Source: an uncultured delta proteobacterium | GTDB lineage: Bacteria > Desulfobacterota > Syntrophobacteria > Syntrophobacterales > Syntrophobacteraceae | Length of the DNA: 64,000 nt | Reading direction: 5' to 3' | Assembly: GCA_963808625.1 (NCBI GenBank) | Contig: CAWEHK010000029.1 | Coordinates: 1 to 64,000, forward strand | Shown: one piece after another, positions 49,804-60,705 of the stretch | Numbering within the stretch: position 1 is the first letter of the stretch | Layout: each line of letters opens with the position of its first letter | Notes under the pieces: generated by a model | The model's database searches: none | Told to the model about the DNA's origin: nothing | Seen by the model: the letters and a program-made list of their open reading frames with translations, nothing else | Made by a program: the position numbers and the translations under genes

Positions 49804-51168
49804 TTGCTCGACTTGAAATTTGAAGAAATAATGCCTGGTGCACACGGTCTTATTAGATTGTACGAATGGTTCCGTGGAGGCCCCCTTGCTCTAAAATGCA
49901 GCAAGCTCCTGTCAGATTTCTTCCGCGTTATATTGGGGACAGGGGTAGTAAGAAGCCTATCCCTGTTGAATTCCCTAATTATAGCGAGGAGTCTTGGTCC
50001 CAGCGAGTTTGGCAAGTTCTCGATCTACTACATGTTCTTGCTCATCGCCTTACAAATACCGAACGCATTCGATGACACTTACGTTCGTCTGGCGAAAGAA
50101 TTGTCGTCGCGTAAAGAAAAGCATGAGTATCTGAAGTCCTCCGTCATCTGCAAGTTAACATTTGTGCTGCTGGGATTGATACTTCTATATCACTTCTCCG
50201 GCCCGGCTGCCGAGATTTTAGTCGGTAACCGAGAGTTTGAGGATCTACTTGCACAGGGAGTTTTGGCCGGAATCTGTCAGTCCTTTGCAAATACCGTCGC
50301 CAGTGTCTTCCAGGAACAGGAGAGATTCACCAGGTTCACGACTGTCAATACTGTTTTTCCCTTGGCAATATTTGTCTGCCTGATCGCGATCCTGGTCGGC
50401 GAATACGACGTCACTTTGCCGAGAGTTACACGGCTCTACACGTGCATTTCCGTAGCCATTGGCCTCACCAGTGTCACGGTTATTGCTGTCAAAGCTGGAA
50501 ATCTCCTAAAGATTCGCGCGGTGCCGCTCAAGAGGACAATCGGGATGGCAAAGTGGGTGTTGTTGACCGGTGTTGTTTTCTATCTATTTAGCAGGATCGA
50601 CTTAGCTATTATGGCCCGGTATATCGACTATAAGGAACTTGGAATCTATTCCGCATCGTGCCAGTTAGTAATGATAGTCTCTCTGATGGCTACGTCCGTG
50701 AGTGTCATTTTCCTCCCAAAGTCCGTAAACGCCGCTAGCTCCATGGAATGTCTACAAGCCTACAAGAGGGTCTCCTACATCCCCTCACTAATTGTCTGTT
50801 TGCCCATATGTTTCCTGCTGTTGCTGGCTGATCAGGCCATTCATCTAATCTATGGTGCTGACTATGCCGGTGGGGCGGGAGTATTGAGAGTCCTTCTCGT
50901 AGGTTGGTCGGTTTACGTATTCTATATACCTCTATCTCTAGTTTTCTATGCTATAGACGAATCGAGGACCCGTTTCTTAGTGGAGAGCGGAAAGCTCATT
51001 ACGGCGATCGGCCTACTCCTCCTGCTTATTCCCGCTTATGGAATGATTGGAGGAGCTATATCCATGTCGGTTGCTCTCCTTCTGAACGGGGTTGTCGGAA
51101 CGCTCGTGCTCCATTACCGATTCAAGAAGAGACTTAACAATCTGGCGCAGGAAAGGATCGCTGTATGA
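49804..51168 (+). CDS. Wzx-type oligosaccharide flippase
   Basis: Multi-TM protein with IARSLGPSEFG, RIDL...LGIYS and LIPAYGMIGGA. Start uncertain. Confidence 0.88.
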   Translation: MLDLKFEEIMPGAHGLIRLYEWFRGGPLALKCSKLLSDFFRVILGTGVVRSLSLLNSLIIARSLGPSEFGKFSIYYMFLLIALQIPNAFDDTYVRLAKELSSRKEKHEYLKSSVICKLTFVLLGLILLYHFSGPAAEILVGNREFEDLLAQGVLAGICQSFANTVASVFQEQERFTRFTTVNTVFPLAIFVCLIAILVGEYDVTLPRVTRLYTCISVAIGLTSVTVIAVKAGNLLKIRAVPLKRTIGMAKWVLLTGVVFYLFSRIDLAIMARYIDYKELGIYSASCQLVMIVSLMATSVSVIFLPKSVNAASSMECLQAYKRVSYIPSLIVCLPICFLLLLADQAIHLIYGADYAGGAGVLRVLLVGWSVYVFYIPLSLVFYAIDESRTRFLVESGKLITAIGLLLLLIPAYGMIGGAISMSVALLLNGVVGTLVLHYRFKKRLNNLAQERIAV

Positions 51169-51214
51169 ACGACAAGGTCAGAAGTGAATGGATAAGCAAG
51201 CCCCGGTCGAGCTA

Positions 51215-51535
51215 AAGTGAAAGATGCCATCAAGTCGAATCAGAACATGGTTGCAAGTTGGGTCCTTTATTTCTGCGGAATTTACTGGCTGTATGCCAAA
51301 CTGACCAAAAACAGACGAAACATACTTTGCCACGAGGTTTTTGGAAAAAGACGGTAGAGCGCAGAAGAGCTCTCCGTAGATGTCGATAACGTCGAGGCCC
51401 TCATTGCCTGGCTTAAGGACCGCTACAATATTGTTTCCGTGGATGCTCTCGCCGCCCATATCGAGGGGAAAACGAAACTGGTGTCATAGGAGGGTTTGTG
51501 GAAGACTACATTCCATAAGTCCCACTGCCAATGAG
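51215..51535 (+). pseudogene. remnant of a polysaccharide deacetylase N-terminus
   Basis: GIYWLYAKL...ILCHEV...EELSVDVDN...WLKDRYNIVSVDALAAHIEGK has internal TAG stops and parallels the N-terminus of 60706-61761. Confidence 0.6.
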
Positions 51536-51561
51536 GAATCCTCATCTTGAGTTGAAGGATA

Positions 51562-52848
51562 ATGGATCCGACGTTAGCAAAAGTTGTTTGTGTCTTTCTG
51601 ACCATTGTCTTGGCTGCGGCGGCTTATAGGCCCCTGAATATGGTCATTATCTATCTGATATTCCGCCCTCTTGTGCAACCCTATGCGGCTTTGCAATATA
51701 CATTGGTTGGTGGATTACCAATAACAGCCATTTTTTCACTGGTGCTGATTATTGTGGCAACCGTCACTGGCGTTTTGTTCAGGGCTAATAAAATAATTGA
51801 AAAACACATCCTAATTTTATTTGTATTTATTTATTGGACTGTTGTTAGTCTATTTGGAACTCTAAGTTACGCAATATCACTGGCGCATATAATAAAACTT
51901 GCAACAGGATTAGCTATCTACATGCTTGTTTATAACGGAATTAAGTCTCAATCGTCTATTAAATTAATATTGAATTCAATTGTTTTGTCATCCATACTGC
52001 CGATGCTGTATGGCTATTATCAGTTTATCACAAACACTGGTCATTCTTGGAAAGGTGAATATTACACTGGCAGTCGTATCGATAGTTTTCTATATGAATA
52101 TAATGCATATGGTGAGTTTTTGTGTATTGTTATATGTTCAATAATTGTGTTGTTGCTATGGGAAAAGCATGAGAAACGCCATTTTATCCTCTACACTATT
52201 CTCGGATCACTTGGAATATCGCTTATCCTTTCACTGAATAGGGGATCATGGATTGCCTTAACTCTTGGAATTATTATATCAGCGCTAGCTCACGGTAAAT
52301 ATCTAAAACTAAGATACGTCATTGTTCCTTTGTGTTTAGTTGGGTTGGTCTTCGGATCGCTAATAGTCGGGCGTTTTCAGGAATTGCAGGATCAGGGTGA
52401 ATGGGGCTCCAAGAATACGTTCGATGGCAGAGTAGATGGTTGGAAGAGATTTGCGGCAGTAATGAAGGATAGGCCTTTTGGGGGCTATGGTATAGGTACC
52501 TCTCCTCTCATATCAGGGTTATATTTTAAAACTGATGAGTTGCCACACAATGATTACCTGCGCATATCAGTAGAGGCAGGGCCATTTTCCGGATTGTTAT
52601 ATACCGCGTTTCTTTTCCAACAGTTATTTTCATTCTTCGCCCGTAGAAGAGATTACCACTCATACCATCTCAATTTTCCTCTTCTTATAATGGTTATTTA
52701 TTACATTATTATTTCTTTAACGCAAAACGTAATGCAAAATATGGTTGTGTTCCCAATGTTTCTCTCGCTCCTTGCAGTTGGTCACAAATCTGCTGACTTA
52801 GGGCTTTTCAAGGGGGACACTCGAACACCATCCGGTGATTGTCTATGA
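51562..52848 (+). CDS. O-antigen ligase/polymerase (Wzy_C) family protein
   Basis: Multi-TM protein with SLNRGSW, PFGGYGIG and PHNDYLR...EAG. Confidence 0.88.
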   Translation: MDPTLAKVVCVFLTIVLAAAAYRPLNMVIIYLIFRPLVQPYAALQYTLVGGLPITAIFSLVLIIVATVTGVLFRANKIIEKHILILFVFIYWTVVSLFGTLSYAISLAHIIKLATGLAIYMLVYNGIKSQSSIKLILNSIVLSSILPMLYGYYQFITNTGHSWKGEYYTGSRIDSFLYEYNAYGEFLCIVICSIIVLLLWEKHEKRHFILYTILGSLGISLILSLNRGSWIALTLGIIISALAHGKYLKLRYVIVPLCLVGLVFGSLIVGRFQELQDQGEWGSKNTFDGRVDGWKRFAAVMKDRPFGGYGIGTSPLISGLYFKTDELPHNDYLRISVEAGPFSGLLYTAFLFQQLFSFFARRRDYHSYHLNFPLLIMVIYYIIISLTQNVMQNMVVFPMFLSLLAVGHKSADLGLFKGDTRTPSGDCL

Positions 52849-54023
52849 TTTGCCAACAAAATCAGTCTATCATATTTCTGCAAAATAGATGCGTTCAGTG
52901 CGGGACTTGCTTGGCTGCGTGCCACTCAGGGTCGCTGACTGCGGAAGTACAAGAGACCGGGCTCTGGAAGATCACGCACGATAACACATCGTGTGACGGA
53001 TGCATGCGATGCATTATGGTATGCCCAGCTCGGTTGTTGCCCAACCTGAGTTTGTCCGAAGAGTTTCTGTCCCGGTTGCTGGACGTGAGACTGGCATACA
53101 GCAGAGACAATAAGGAGAGGTGGAAGTCGTCCTCGGGCGGAGCGGGTCGAACACTTATTAAAGGAGCGTTGGAGAAGGGGCTTGTTGACGCTGTCTATAC
53201 TCTGAAAAAGACTGCAGATTATCCTTGGACTGAGGGAACCTATTATTACCGCCCCAGTGATACCCATTGCATACCGAATTCTATCTATCACCCGGTGTTA
53301 GTCAACAGGAACCTGACTACAGACGCGAAGGCAAAACGGATTCTTCTGGTTGGGACAGCATGCCAGATCCTTGCGGCGCAAAAACTGCTGAGGTATACAA
53401 GCGGCGATATAACGACTATTGCCATATTCTGTAAGCAGCAGAAGACACTTGAGGCGACAACGCACCTCGCCCGCCGGCTAAGGGTGGACTTCAGCACTGA
53501 AGCAAGTTGCGGGCCCGAATACAGAGGTCAAGGCTGGCCGGGCAGGTTTACCATCGGTGAGAGATCAATAGCTTGGGAAGTTGCAGCAGCCGTCGTGTTT
53601 GGCAAACGCCTGTGGCGAGTACCGGGTTGCCGATTCTGTCCCAATCCCATGGGAGTTGGAGTTGATATTACGCTGGCGGACCCCTGGGGATTGGATGCCT
53701 CCGGCCAAATAGGAAAAAGCATGGCGATGGTTTGGACGGATAGAGGAAAGGCTTTGATCAATGCCAATGGAGATATCCTGGCAACTGAAGGCCTGGATCG
53801 GCAACTGTTAGCCGGATCTATAGACATGGCGGGTATTATTCGTAAACAGAATTTGGCAGCTTACTACTTAGGCAAGAAAGTCTCACTCCGTACCTCTATA
53901 GCAGGCGCCGCGGAGCGCCTGCAAACTGCCGCCTTGGAGTCGATCTTGAAGCGATGGAACATCCCGGACTTCGCCCATAAGGTTCTTGGACGCATGCCGG
54001 ATTTGCCGTCGCTTATCATCTGA
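52845..54023 (+). CDS. FrhB-like (F420 hydrogenase beta subunit family) Fe-S flavoprotein
   Basis: CVQCGTC...C, CDGCMRC...CP, SSGG, VGTACQ, YRGQGWPG and CRFC...DITLADPW. Confidence 0.85.
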   Translation: MICQQNQSIIFLQNRCVQCGTCLAACHSGSLTAEVQETGLWKITHDNTSCDGCMRCIMVCPARLLPNLSLSEEFLSRLLDVRLAYSRDNKERWKSSSGGAGRTLIKGALEKGLVDAVYTLKKTADYPWTEGTYYYRPSDTHCIPNSIYHPVLVNRNLTTDAKAKRILLVGTACQILAAQKLLRYTSGDITTIAIFCKQQKTLEATTHLARRLRVDFSTEASCGPEYRGQGWPGRFTIGERSIAWEVAAAVVFGKRLWRVPGCRFCPNPMGVGVDITLADPWGLDASGQIGKSMAMVWTDRGKALINANGDILATEGLDRQLLAGSIDMAGIIRKQNLAAYYLGKKVSLRTSIAGAAERLQTAALESILKRWNIPDFAHKVLGRMPDLPSLII

Positions 54024-54248
54024 AGGAAACTGCATGACGTGCAGAGCCCGCTGCTGTATGGCGTGGCGCTGTATGGCGCAAAGTTTCTCAGTGCCTCACC
54101 ATCTTTGGCGAAGCTCCGTGCATGATCTCAGAGAAAGTGAACATGTACCCTGAACGTTTAATCAGAGGCAGCTGAGCGGATTTGCCGCTTGGTGCAAGGT
54201 AACACGGATGCTCACGACTTAGTGAGTGAGAGAATTCGAGAGAGTGAA

Positions 54249-55580
54249 ATGAAGATACTTGTTCCTGAGGAGATTCCCAGTCACAATAAAGGTGAAATGG
54301 CCTTGATGCTTGGCTTGATCGAATCCTTTCGGCCTTTGGGCAATCACCAATTCCGGATGTTTTCTCCAAATCCTGAGCTCGATCAAATCAACTACGCCGG
54401 TCTTGTTGGGGTGGTGGATGCCAGGGGTGTTATTCCAAAGCACATGCTGGACGGACAGTGGTCTAGAGCCGCCAAGATCAGCAGCTACGCCAAATTCGTG
54501 CTAAAGCATCTCACCTTCGCACTTCTCTACATGGTGTTGGGTAGTTCTGCATGCAGGTTGATGCGAAGGGAATTATGGCAATCATATCTGTGGGCCGATA
54601 TTTTACTCGTGGCGCATGACAGTTCTTTCAACACCACGTATCATTGTACACTTGCGCTCTTTGCCAAGGCAATCAGGAGGCCGTGCATCATTTACGCAGC
54701 TACAATCAAGCCGCCTCATCGCAACCAGCGCACCCTGAAGAATCGCTGCATTGATCGCTTTCTCTGCTTTTGTCTCAAGTGCGTCGATCTGATCTCTCTC
54801 CGCGAATCAATGTCGCTGGATTATCTGGAGGGGCTTGGAATGGATTCCAGGTGTGTGCCCACTGAAGTATTACCCGACCTCGCATTCCTCTCTCCCTCTT
54901 CCCCAGCTTCTGAGATCGACGAAATTGCCAAGCGTGAAAAAATACCGCGAAACGATGTTCTCATAGGCATGGCAATCAGCCGGCGCAAACTCGATTTTGC
55001 ATTTCCCGGGCAACGTGACCTCACCCGCGAAGACCGGCATGAAAAGGCGCTTGGGCACATTATAAGACTGGTGGATTACCTTACAGAGAAGCTGGAAGCA
55101 TGGGTTGTCTTTATTCCTCACTCCATCGGCCCCACGCCCGTGCTTGATGACCGCAGGATGGCCGCCACAATTCGTGACAGGGCGAAAGATAGTAGCAAGA
55201 TCCTGATTATCGGCAACGAGTACGGCGCCGCGCAGTTGAAGGGGCTTGCCGGTTTGATGAATATGACCATAAGCACTCGGCTGCACTTCACGATTGATTC
55301 CGTATGCATGCGAGTGCCGTCGCTGCTTATCACCCATAATGGTGACATTCGTTGCCATGGAATCATCGGTGTCATGTTCGATCAACACGAATATGTATAC
55401 AACATAGATAATATCGAAAGTGAGACTCTGATAGGGTCTGCGCGTTGTTTATGGGAAAACCGTCAAGTCTTGTCAAAAGACCTGAGCGAAAAGGTAAGCA
55501 AGATAAGGCAGCAGACTTATAAACATGGTGAACTGGCAAAGGGCGTCTACGATAAATATCATTGCAACAGTCGAAATTGA
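54249..55580 (+). CDS. polysaccharide pyruvyl transferase (WcaK-like)
   Basis: NKGE, ISLRES, PDLAF and STRLH. Confidence 0.85.
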   Translation: MKILVPEEIPSHNKGEMALMLGLIESFRPLGNHQFRMFSPNPELDQINYAGLVGVVDARGVIPKHMLDGQWSRAAKISSYAKFVLKHLTFALLYMVLGSSACRLMRRELWQSYLWADILLVAHDSSFNTTYHCTLALFAKAIRRPCIIYAATIKPPHRNQRTLKNRCIDRFLCFCLKCVDLISLRESMSLDYLEGLGMDSRCVPTEVLPDLAFLSPSSPASEIDEIAKREKIPRNDVLIGMAISRRKLDFAFPGQRDLTREDRHEKALGHIIRLVDYLTEKLEAWVVFIPHSIGPTPVLDDRRMAATIRDRAKDSSKILIIGNEYGAAQLKGLAGLMNMTISTRLHFTIDSVCMRVPSLLITHNGDIRCHGIIGVMFDQHEYVYNIDNIESETLIGSARCLWENRQVLSKDLSEKVSKIRQQTYKHGELAKGVYDKYHCNSRN

Positions 55581-55701
55581 TATACATACTAAGGTGCTAT
55601 CAAAACTATATTCACCGATTTTGGTGAGCAGTTACATCATTGGCCAACTTTCAGGTCTATTTAGTTGGCAGCTATCCTAGCCTAAGAAGAGGATAGCATC
55701 T

Positions 55702-56628
55702 ATGAGGTTCGAACAAAAATCGGTCGTAAAGGAATGGTTCAACCATATAGCCAATGGATATGCTTCGAAGCGTGATATTCCTGAGATCATACGTGAAAGA
55801 ATAAGAATTCTGAGCCTTATTGCGGATTTCTCAAGATATGAAAAACGGATCCTGGACATAGGCTGTGGTGATGGAGCCTTCCTTGACGCTCTTCTGAATA
55901 TCGGGGGTGAGATTCATGCCATAGATGTTTCCGAAAGGATGATCGAACTCGTACATGAACGATTTCAAGGTCATCCCGAAGGGTACCGGTTGCACCTCGA
56001 CGTAGGTGATTTTTTGACGGTCGAGTACCCAGTCGACTTTTTCGACCTCGTTTTGGCCATTGGCGTGCTTCGGTACATGTCCTCTTGGGAGATGGCGCTT
56101 GCCAAAATTCGCCGAATTCTCAAGCCAGGTGGGATATTGGTGGCAACCTTTTACTATCGGTTTTCCCCTTGGTGGTTCTCGATGTGTCTGCTCTATCGAC
56201 CCATTCTTCCCATCATTAGCCTTCTTAGGCGACGGTCGTTCAAGTCGTGTCTATTGCGCTATGATGCCGAGCCGCTACCCTTTTCTTATTCGAAGTTCAT
56301 GAAGCTGGACAGTGGTAAGTTCTCCAGGAATCTTGAAATCTCATCTGCTAAGTGCTTGAAATTCCTCATTTGGGCAATTTGAGATGTCATTCATGGACCT
56401 AACAATTTCAATAACTTACGAGAACTTACCACTGTCCAGATGAAGTTCTCTCCAATGCTGGCTTCCAAAATGCACAGATCAAGCACTCCGGATTCACTTA
56501 TTTCCCATTTAATCGCGTTTTCCCTCGTATATCGAGTTATATCGCCGTGAAGTTGGAGTCCTCATTCAATGATTCCTGCATTCTCGGGTGGCTGGGAAGT
56601 GTATGCATCGTGAAGGCGGTTAACCCAT
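55702..56628 (+). pseudogene. class I SAM methyltransferase interrupted by a MITE
   Basis: ILDIGCGDG and RILKPGG. The C-terminus LSNAGF...GSVCIVKAVNP* resumes after 56445. Confidence 0.82.
56305..56439. mobile_element. 135-bp MITE with 20-bp perfect TIRs and a 6-bp target duplication
   Basis: CTGGACAGTGGTAAGTTCTC (56305-56324) and GAGAACTTACCACTGTCCAG (56420-56439), with ATGAAG on both sides. Confidence 0.92.
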
Positions 56629-57098
56629 AACAAATCTGCTCTTGGAGTGGACGGTAGCACTTACTAAGAGCGATGCATGAATTAGTTCGCACGAGAATGG
56701 CATACTCGCATCACTATAGAGGTGTCCTGTGCTGGGCCTTTTGGGAAACACTCTGTAGCGATCTCATGTGGTCCGATTCATCAACGATACGTAGCCTAAA
56801 TCGTTCCACAAGAAAGGAGACCGCCAGCAAGGCCAGGAGACTCTTGTAGCGTCTGCGCGACGTTAATGAGAAACCCCTGAAGCCGTGTCAAGAGACGCCA
56901 CCGAAAAGGCGGTCCAGATATAGCAGCAGGACTACTGGCATGGTGAACTGGCATAAGACATCTGCTAGAAATTTGGCTGCTTCGCTCGAAATTAGGACCA
57001 ATATTTGCTCCGACAAGCAAACCGCACGGAACAACCATGGGCGTCGGCCTGGCTGGTTCTTATGCAGATCGAAAGGAGATGGGTGAGAGGTCTGTGCA

Positions 57099-58409
57099 AT
57101 GAAAATTCTGATTATTGAAGCGTATACTGCCGCCAACATCGGTTCGGGGGCACTGGTGGAAAACAGCATTAGCCTGCTAAATGAAAACTTCCCTAAGGCC
57201 AAAGTCGAGATCCTCGCCCAGAATCCGGATTCAATAGCCAGATTGACCGGACTGCCGACATACCCGGAGTTGTTTACGCTTCCTCTGAGGAGACCTAGAT
57301 TACAGCAGGTATTCTGGCTACTGATCACGGGTTCGTGGATGGCCGCACAATCGGTGGCTTTTGCACTCAGGAAGCTTTGTCTCAATATCCCCGAGTCTTT
57401 TTACACGTTTGATGACGACAGGCTCCGGGCGCTTCGGAAGATCAAGGAAGCAGATATGATCGTAAGTGTCGGGGCCGAAAGGATAAATGACAATTTTTAC
57501 AAGGCCATCTTATTTTCGCTTTTTATGCTCTGGGTTGCACAAAAATACGGTAAATTCCTCATCCTATTTCCCCAAACCATCGGACCTTTCCACTTCACCC
57601 TGACAAAAGCCTTGTCTGCATCGATACTGAACCATTGCGACATAATTTTTCTTCGCGATGAAAAATCGCGTGACATCCTGAATGAGATCGGCGTCCGAGG
57701 ACCCAAAATAGTTGGAGCGTGTGATGTTGCCGTTATGCAGTCGCGCATTTCGGCAGACGATGGGCAGCGGTTGCTCGCGGGGGCAGTGGATACGGACGGG
57801 AACAGACCGCTTGTCGGTATTTCAGCGATGAAGTGGTCCTACATTAAGGCCCAGGGAAAAAGCGGCTACTCTGAGTACAAGGATGCCCTGGCGCGAGTGG
57901 CCGATGATTTGGTTGAACGAAAGAGCGCAAAAATCCTTTTCCTGGCAACAAACGTTCTCACTGAGGGTTGTCGTGAAGACGATGTGGCTGCTGCCACGGA
58001 AATAGTTCAGCTGATGAAGTACAAAGATGATGCCTGTGTTCTGGACACTCTGTATTCCCCCTCTCAGATGAAAGGGATTATGGGGCTTCTCGACCTTTGC
58101 CTGGTCACACGCATGCACGCCTGCATTTTCGCCACCGGGGCCTGCACACCTACGGTATCAATCAATTACCAGTTCAAACTCCACGAGTACATGAAGCTTG
58201 TGGGGCTTGAAGACTATACCATCGATATTGACAGGGTCACATACGAGACGCTCAGTGCGATAGTCGACCGGGCATGGAGCAATCTTCCCCGCATGCGCGA
58301 AATCTTAGAAGAAAAGGTGCACTCTTTGACCCAGCAGCTTAGCGCTGCCATGGGCCAACTGCCCCCCCACTATCACAGGAGAACACGGCTATGCACAACA
58401 AATCCCTGA
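57099..58409 (+). CDS. polysaccharide pyruvyl transferase (WcaK-like)
   Basis: NIGS, PQTIGPF, LRDEKS and TRMHA...INYQFK. Confidence 0.9.
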   Translation: MKILIIEAYTAANIGSGALVENSISLLNENFPKAKVEILAQNPDSIARLTGLPTYPELFTLPLRRPRLQQVFWLLITGSWMAAQSVAFALRKLCLNIPESFYTFDDDRLRALRKIKEADMIVSVGAERINDNFYKAILFSLFMLWVAQKYGKFLILFPQTIGPFHFTLTKALSASILNHCDIIFLRDEKSRDILNEIGVRGPKIVGACDVAVMQSRISADDGQRLLAGAVDTDGNRPLVGISAMKWSYIKAQGKSGYSEYKDALARVADDLVERKSAKILFLATNVLTEGCREDDVAAATEIVQLMKYKDDACVLDTLYSPSQMKGIMGLLDLCLVTRMHACIFATGACTPTVSINYQFKLHEYMKLVGLEDYTIDIDRVTYETLSAIVDRAWSNLPRMREILEEKVHSLTQQLSAAMGQLPPHYHRRTRLCTTNP

Positions 58410-60454
58410 TCCTTGCATTGATTGTCTTAAGCGCTGCAACTTGCTTGCTCTGTGGTTTCCATGATGCTGTGGGCGCAAACCTGACATGGGAGTCAGTTCC
58501 CCTCAGGTATGAACAGCAGAAGGCCGCAGGTATGATGGGCGGCGAGGGCCTCCAGTATGTGTTTGGTCTCACCTATGCACCAAGTGACCCCAGCATTGCC
58601 TACTTCTGTGTCGATACCGCCGGGGTATGGAAATCTACCGACGGGGGGGCCACCTGGAGACCTCAATACAGAGGCTATTTGCCATACGGCGCTCGCTCCA
58701 TCGGCGTGGATCCCATCAATGCAAATGTTGTCTTCGCAGCGGGGTTCCTCGGCCAGACATTCGAGGAGGCACAGAAATATCCGCAAAGACAGGAAGGTAT
58801 ATACCGGAGCGCAGATGGGGCCGAATCATGGCAGATTGTCAGGAAAATGGGCTTTTACAGGCAGACATCCGCCCTCGGTCGGCTTTTTGCGTTTGACACG
58901 CGCGACGTCAAGAACGGCAAGACTATGACAGTTTATGCGGGGGGCTTCGGCGAAGGCCTGTTGCGATCAAGCGACGGAGGCAATACTTGGAAAACGGTTG
59001 CGTTAGGGGGCAAGGAGATTACGGATATGCAGGAGGACCCAGTCAATCCTGGAACCATCCTGGTCGCAGCGACAGACGGATTCTACAGGTACAGCATGGG
59101 GACCATCAATAAGCTTGGGGCAGGCCTTCCCGAAACGGTTAAGACATTTGCCGTATCACCCCAAAAACCCGAGGTCGTCTATGCGGCTGTCGGCAACTAC
59201 GGGATTTATAAGTCCCTGGATTTCGGCGCAACTTTTCGACAATCCAACTCTGGGCTTCCCCGGAAATACTATAGCAATGTTATGGTGAGCCCTGTTGACT
59301 CCGATGTTGTTTATGCCAGAGCCCATTTGGCATCGGATCCACCATATTACAGCGGTGATGGTGGGAAGTCCTGGCATGCCCCCAAAGAGACGGATATGAC
59401 CCATGTTTTGGACAGCGAGGGTTTCTGGTTCTCCAGTCCTTTCGCTCCCCACCCGAAAGAACCCAAGACCGCCTTACACGTGTCCAACGGTATGGCGCGC
59501 ATCCTCAAGACAACGGATGGCGGGGTAAACTGGTATTATAGCGGCAACGGATTCACCGGCGGCCGCATGGAAGCTATGGTTTTCCAACCAAATGGATATA
59601 TGCTCTTCTGCCTCACTGATCACGGCCTTTGGGAAACTCGAAACGATGCTGATACATTTAATCAACTAAACATAGCGCGTGCCTTTGGCGAAAAATCCTC
59701 CAGTTCTGCCGATATACGCGGACAAACTCTTGTGGCATCTGTTGGTAGTTTCGATAAAAAGATCATTGCCGTCAGCAAAAATTTTGGCGTGACCTGGAAA
59801 TACTTTAATCAATATGTGGATACTTTCAACTTTATACGATTTCATCCATATAAAGATAACGTTATCTACGCCGGCCCCTACAGGAGCGCCACAGGAGGCA
59901 GTTCCTGGAAGAAGCTTCAATATACGATCATGGCTATGAACGGAGGAGATGGAGATATAGTTTACAGTGCTGTGGGAAGATCTGATTATATGTCAAACGT
60001 CTTTAAGTCCACTGACGGAGGTACAAGTTGGTCGCTTCCATATCCGCCGGCGCCAATCAGCGGTACCTCGATCATTAATATTGCCGCCGACCCCCGTAAT
60101 CCGGATAGGGTCTACCTCGCTACTGCTAACGGAGTATATATTTTCAACGGATCGCGCTGGCTGAAAAGAAACGCAGATCATGGCCTCGAACTGGACGCTT
60201 ATGGGAGATGCTCTACGTGGGGCCTGGCAATTGATCCCAGAAATCCTGACACCTTATATGTGGGCAGAAGGGCTGTGGGATACGGGAATTCTAATGGCGT
60301 CTTTCGCTCAAGAGATCAAGGAATGACTTGGGAAAACATAAACTACAACCTCTCACCGGGTCTGACTGTCTTTTCTGTCCATGTGAGTCCATACGACAGT
60401 GCTGTCTACATCAGCAGCTCATTGGGCACGTACAGAATGAAGACCGAGCCGTAA
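58391..60454 (+). CDS. secreted BNR/Asp-box beta-propeller protein (glycosidase-like)
   Basis: Signal peptide and many S/T-x-D-G-G-x-T/S-W Asp boxes. Confidence 0.82.
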   Translation: MHNKSLILALIVLSAATCLLCGFHDAVGANLTWESVPLRYEQQKAAGMMGGEGLQYVFGLTYAPSDPSIAYFCVDTAGVWKSTDGGATWRPQYRGYLPYGARSIGVDPINANVVFAAGFLGQTFEEAQKYPQRQEGIYRSADGAESWQIVRKMGFYRQTSALGRLFAFDTRDVKNGKTMTVYAGGFGEGLLRSSDGGNTWKTVALGGKEITDMQEDPVNPGTILVAATDGFYRYSMGTINKLGAGLPETVKTFAVSPQKPEVVYAAVGNYGIYKSLDFGATFRQSNSGLPRKYYSNVMVSPVDSDVVYARAHLASDPPYYSGDGGKSWHAPKETDMTHVLDSEGFWFSSPFAPHPKEPKTALHVSNGMARILKTTDGGVNWYYSGNGFTGGRMEAMVFQPNGYMLFCLTDHGLWETRNDADTFNQLNIARAFGEKSSSSADIRGQTLVASVGSFDKKIIAVSKNFGVTWKYFNQYVDTFNFIRFHPYKDNVIYAGPYRSATGGSSWKKLQYTIMAMNGGDGDIVYSAVGRSDYMSNVFKSTDGGTSWSLPYPPAPISGTSIINIAADPRNPDRVYLATANGVYIFNGSRWLKRNADHGLELDAYGRCSTWGLAIDPRNPDTLYVGRRAVGYGNSNGVFRSRDQGMTWENINYNLSPGLTVFSVHVSPYDSAVYISSSLGTYRMKTEP

Positions 60455-60705
60455 CCGTCCACCGAAGTGTTTTCCACACCCGCAATTTCCTATGGGACAA
60501 CCGAAACATTGGAACGGTCACCATCACGCAGGAAGGGTAATCTTGAAGGCCCCAGAGTCGATTTGGACGCATTTGCGTTTTGACGACCTCTTAAAACAGA
60601 AGTGCAGCAACACCAGTATTTGATATGGGCGTAAATATCGCACCAGTTCTGCGTACAATCGCTCAATTTAGGTACGTACAAACTGATAAGTGGAGCACTT
60701 AGTTC

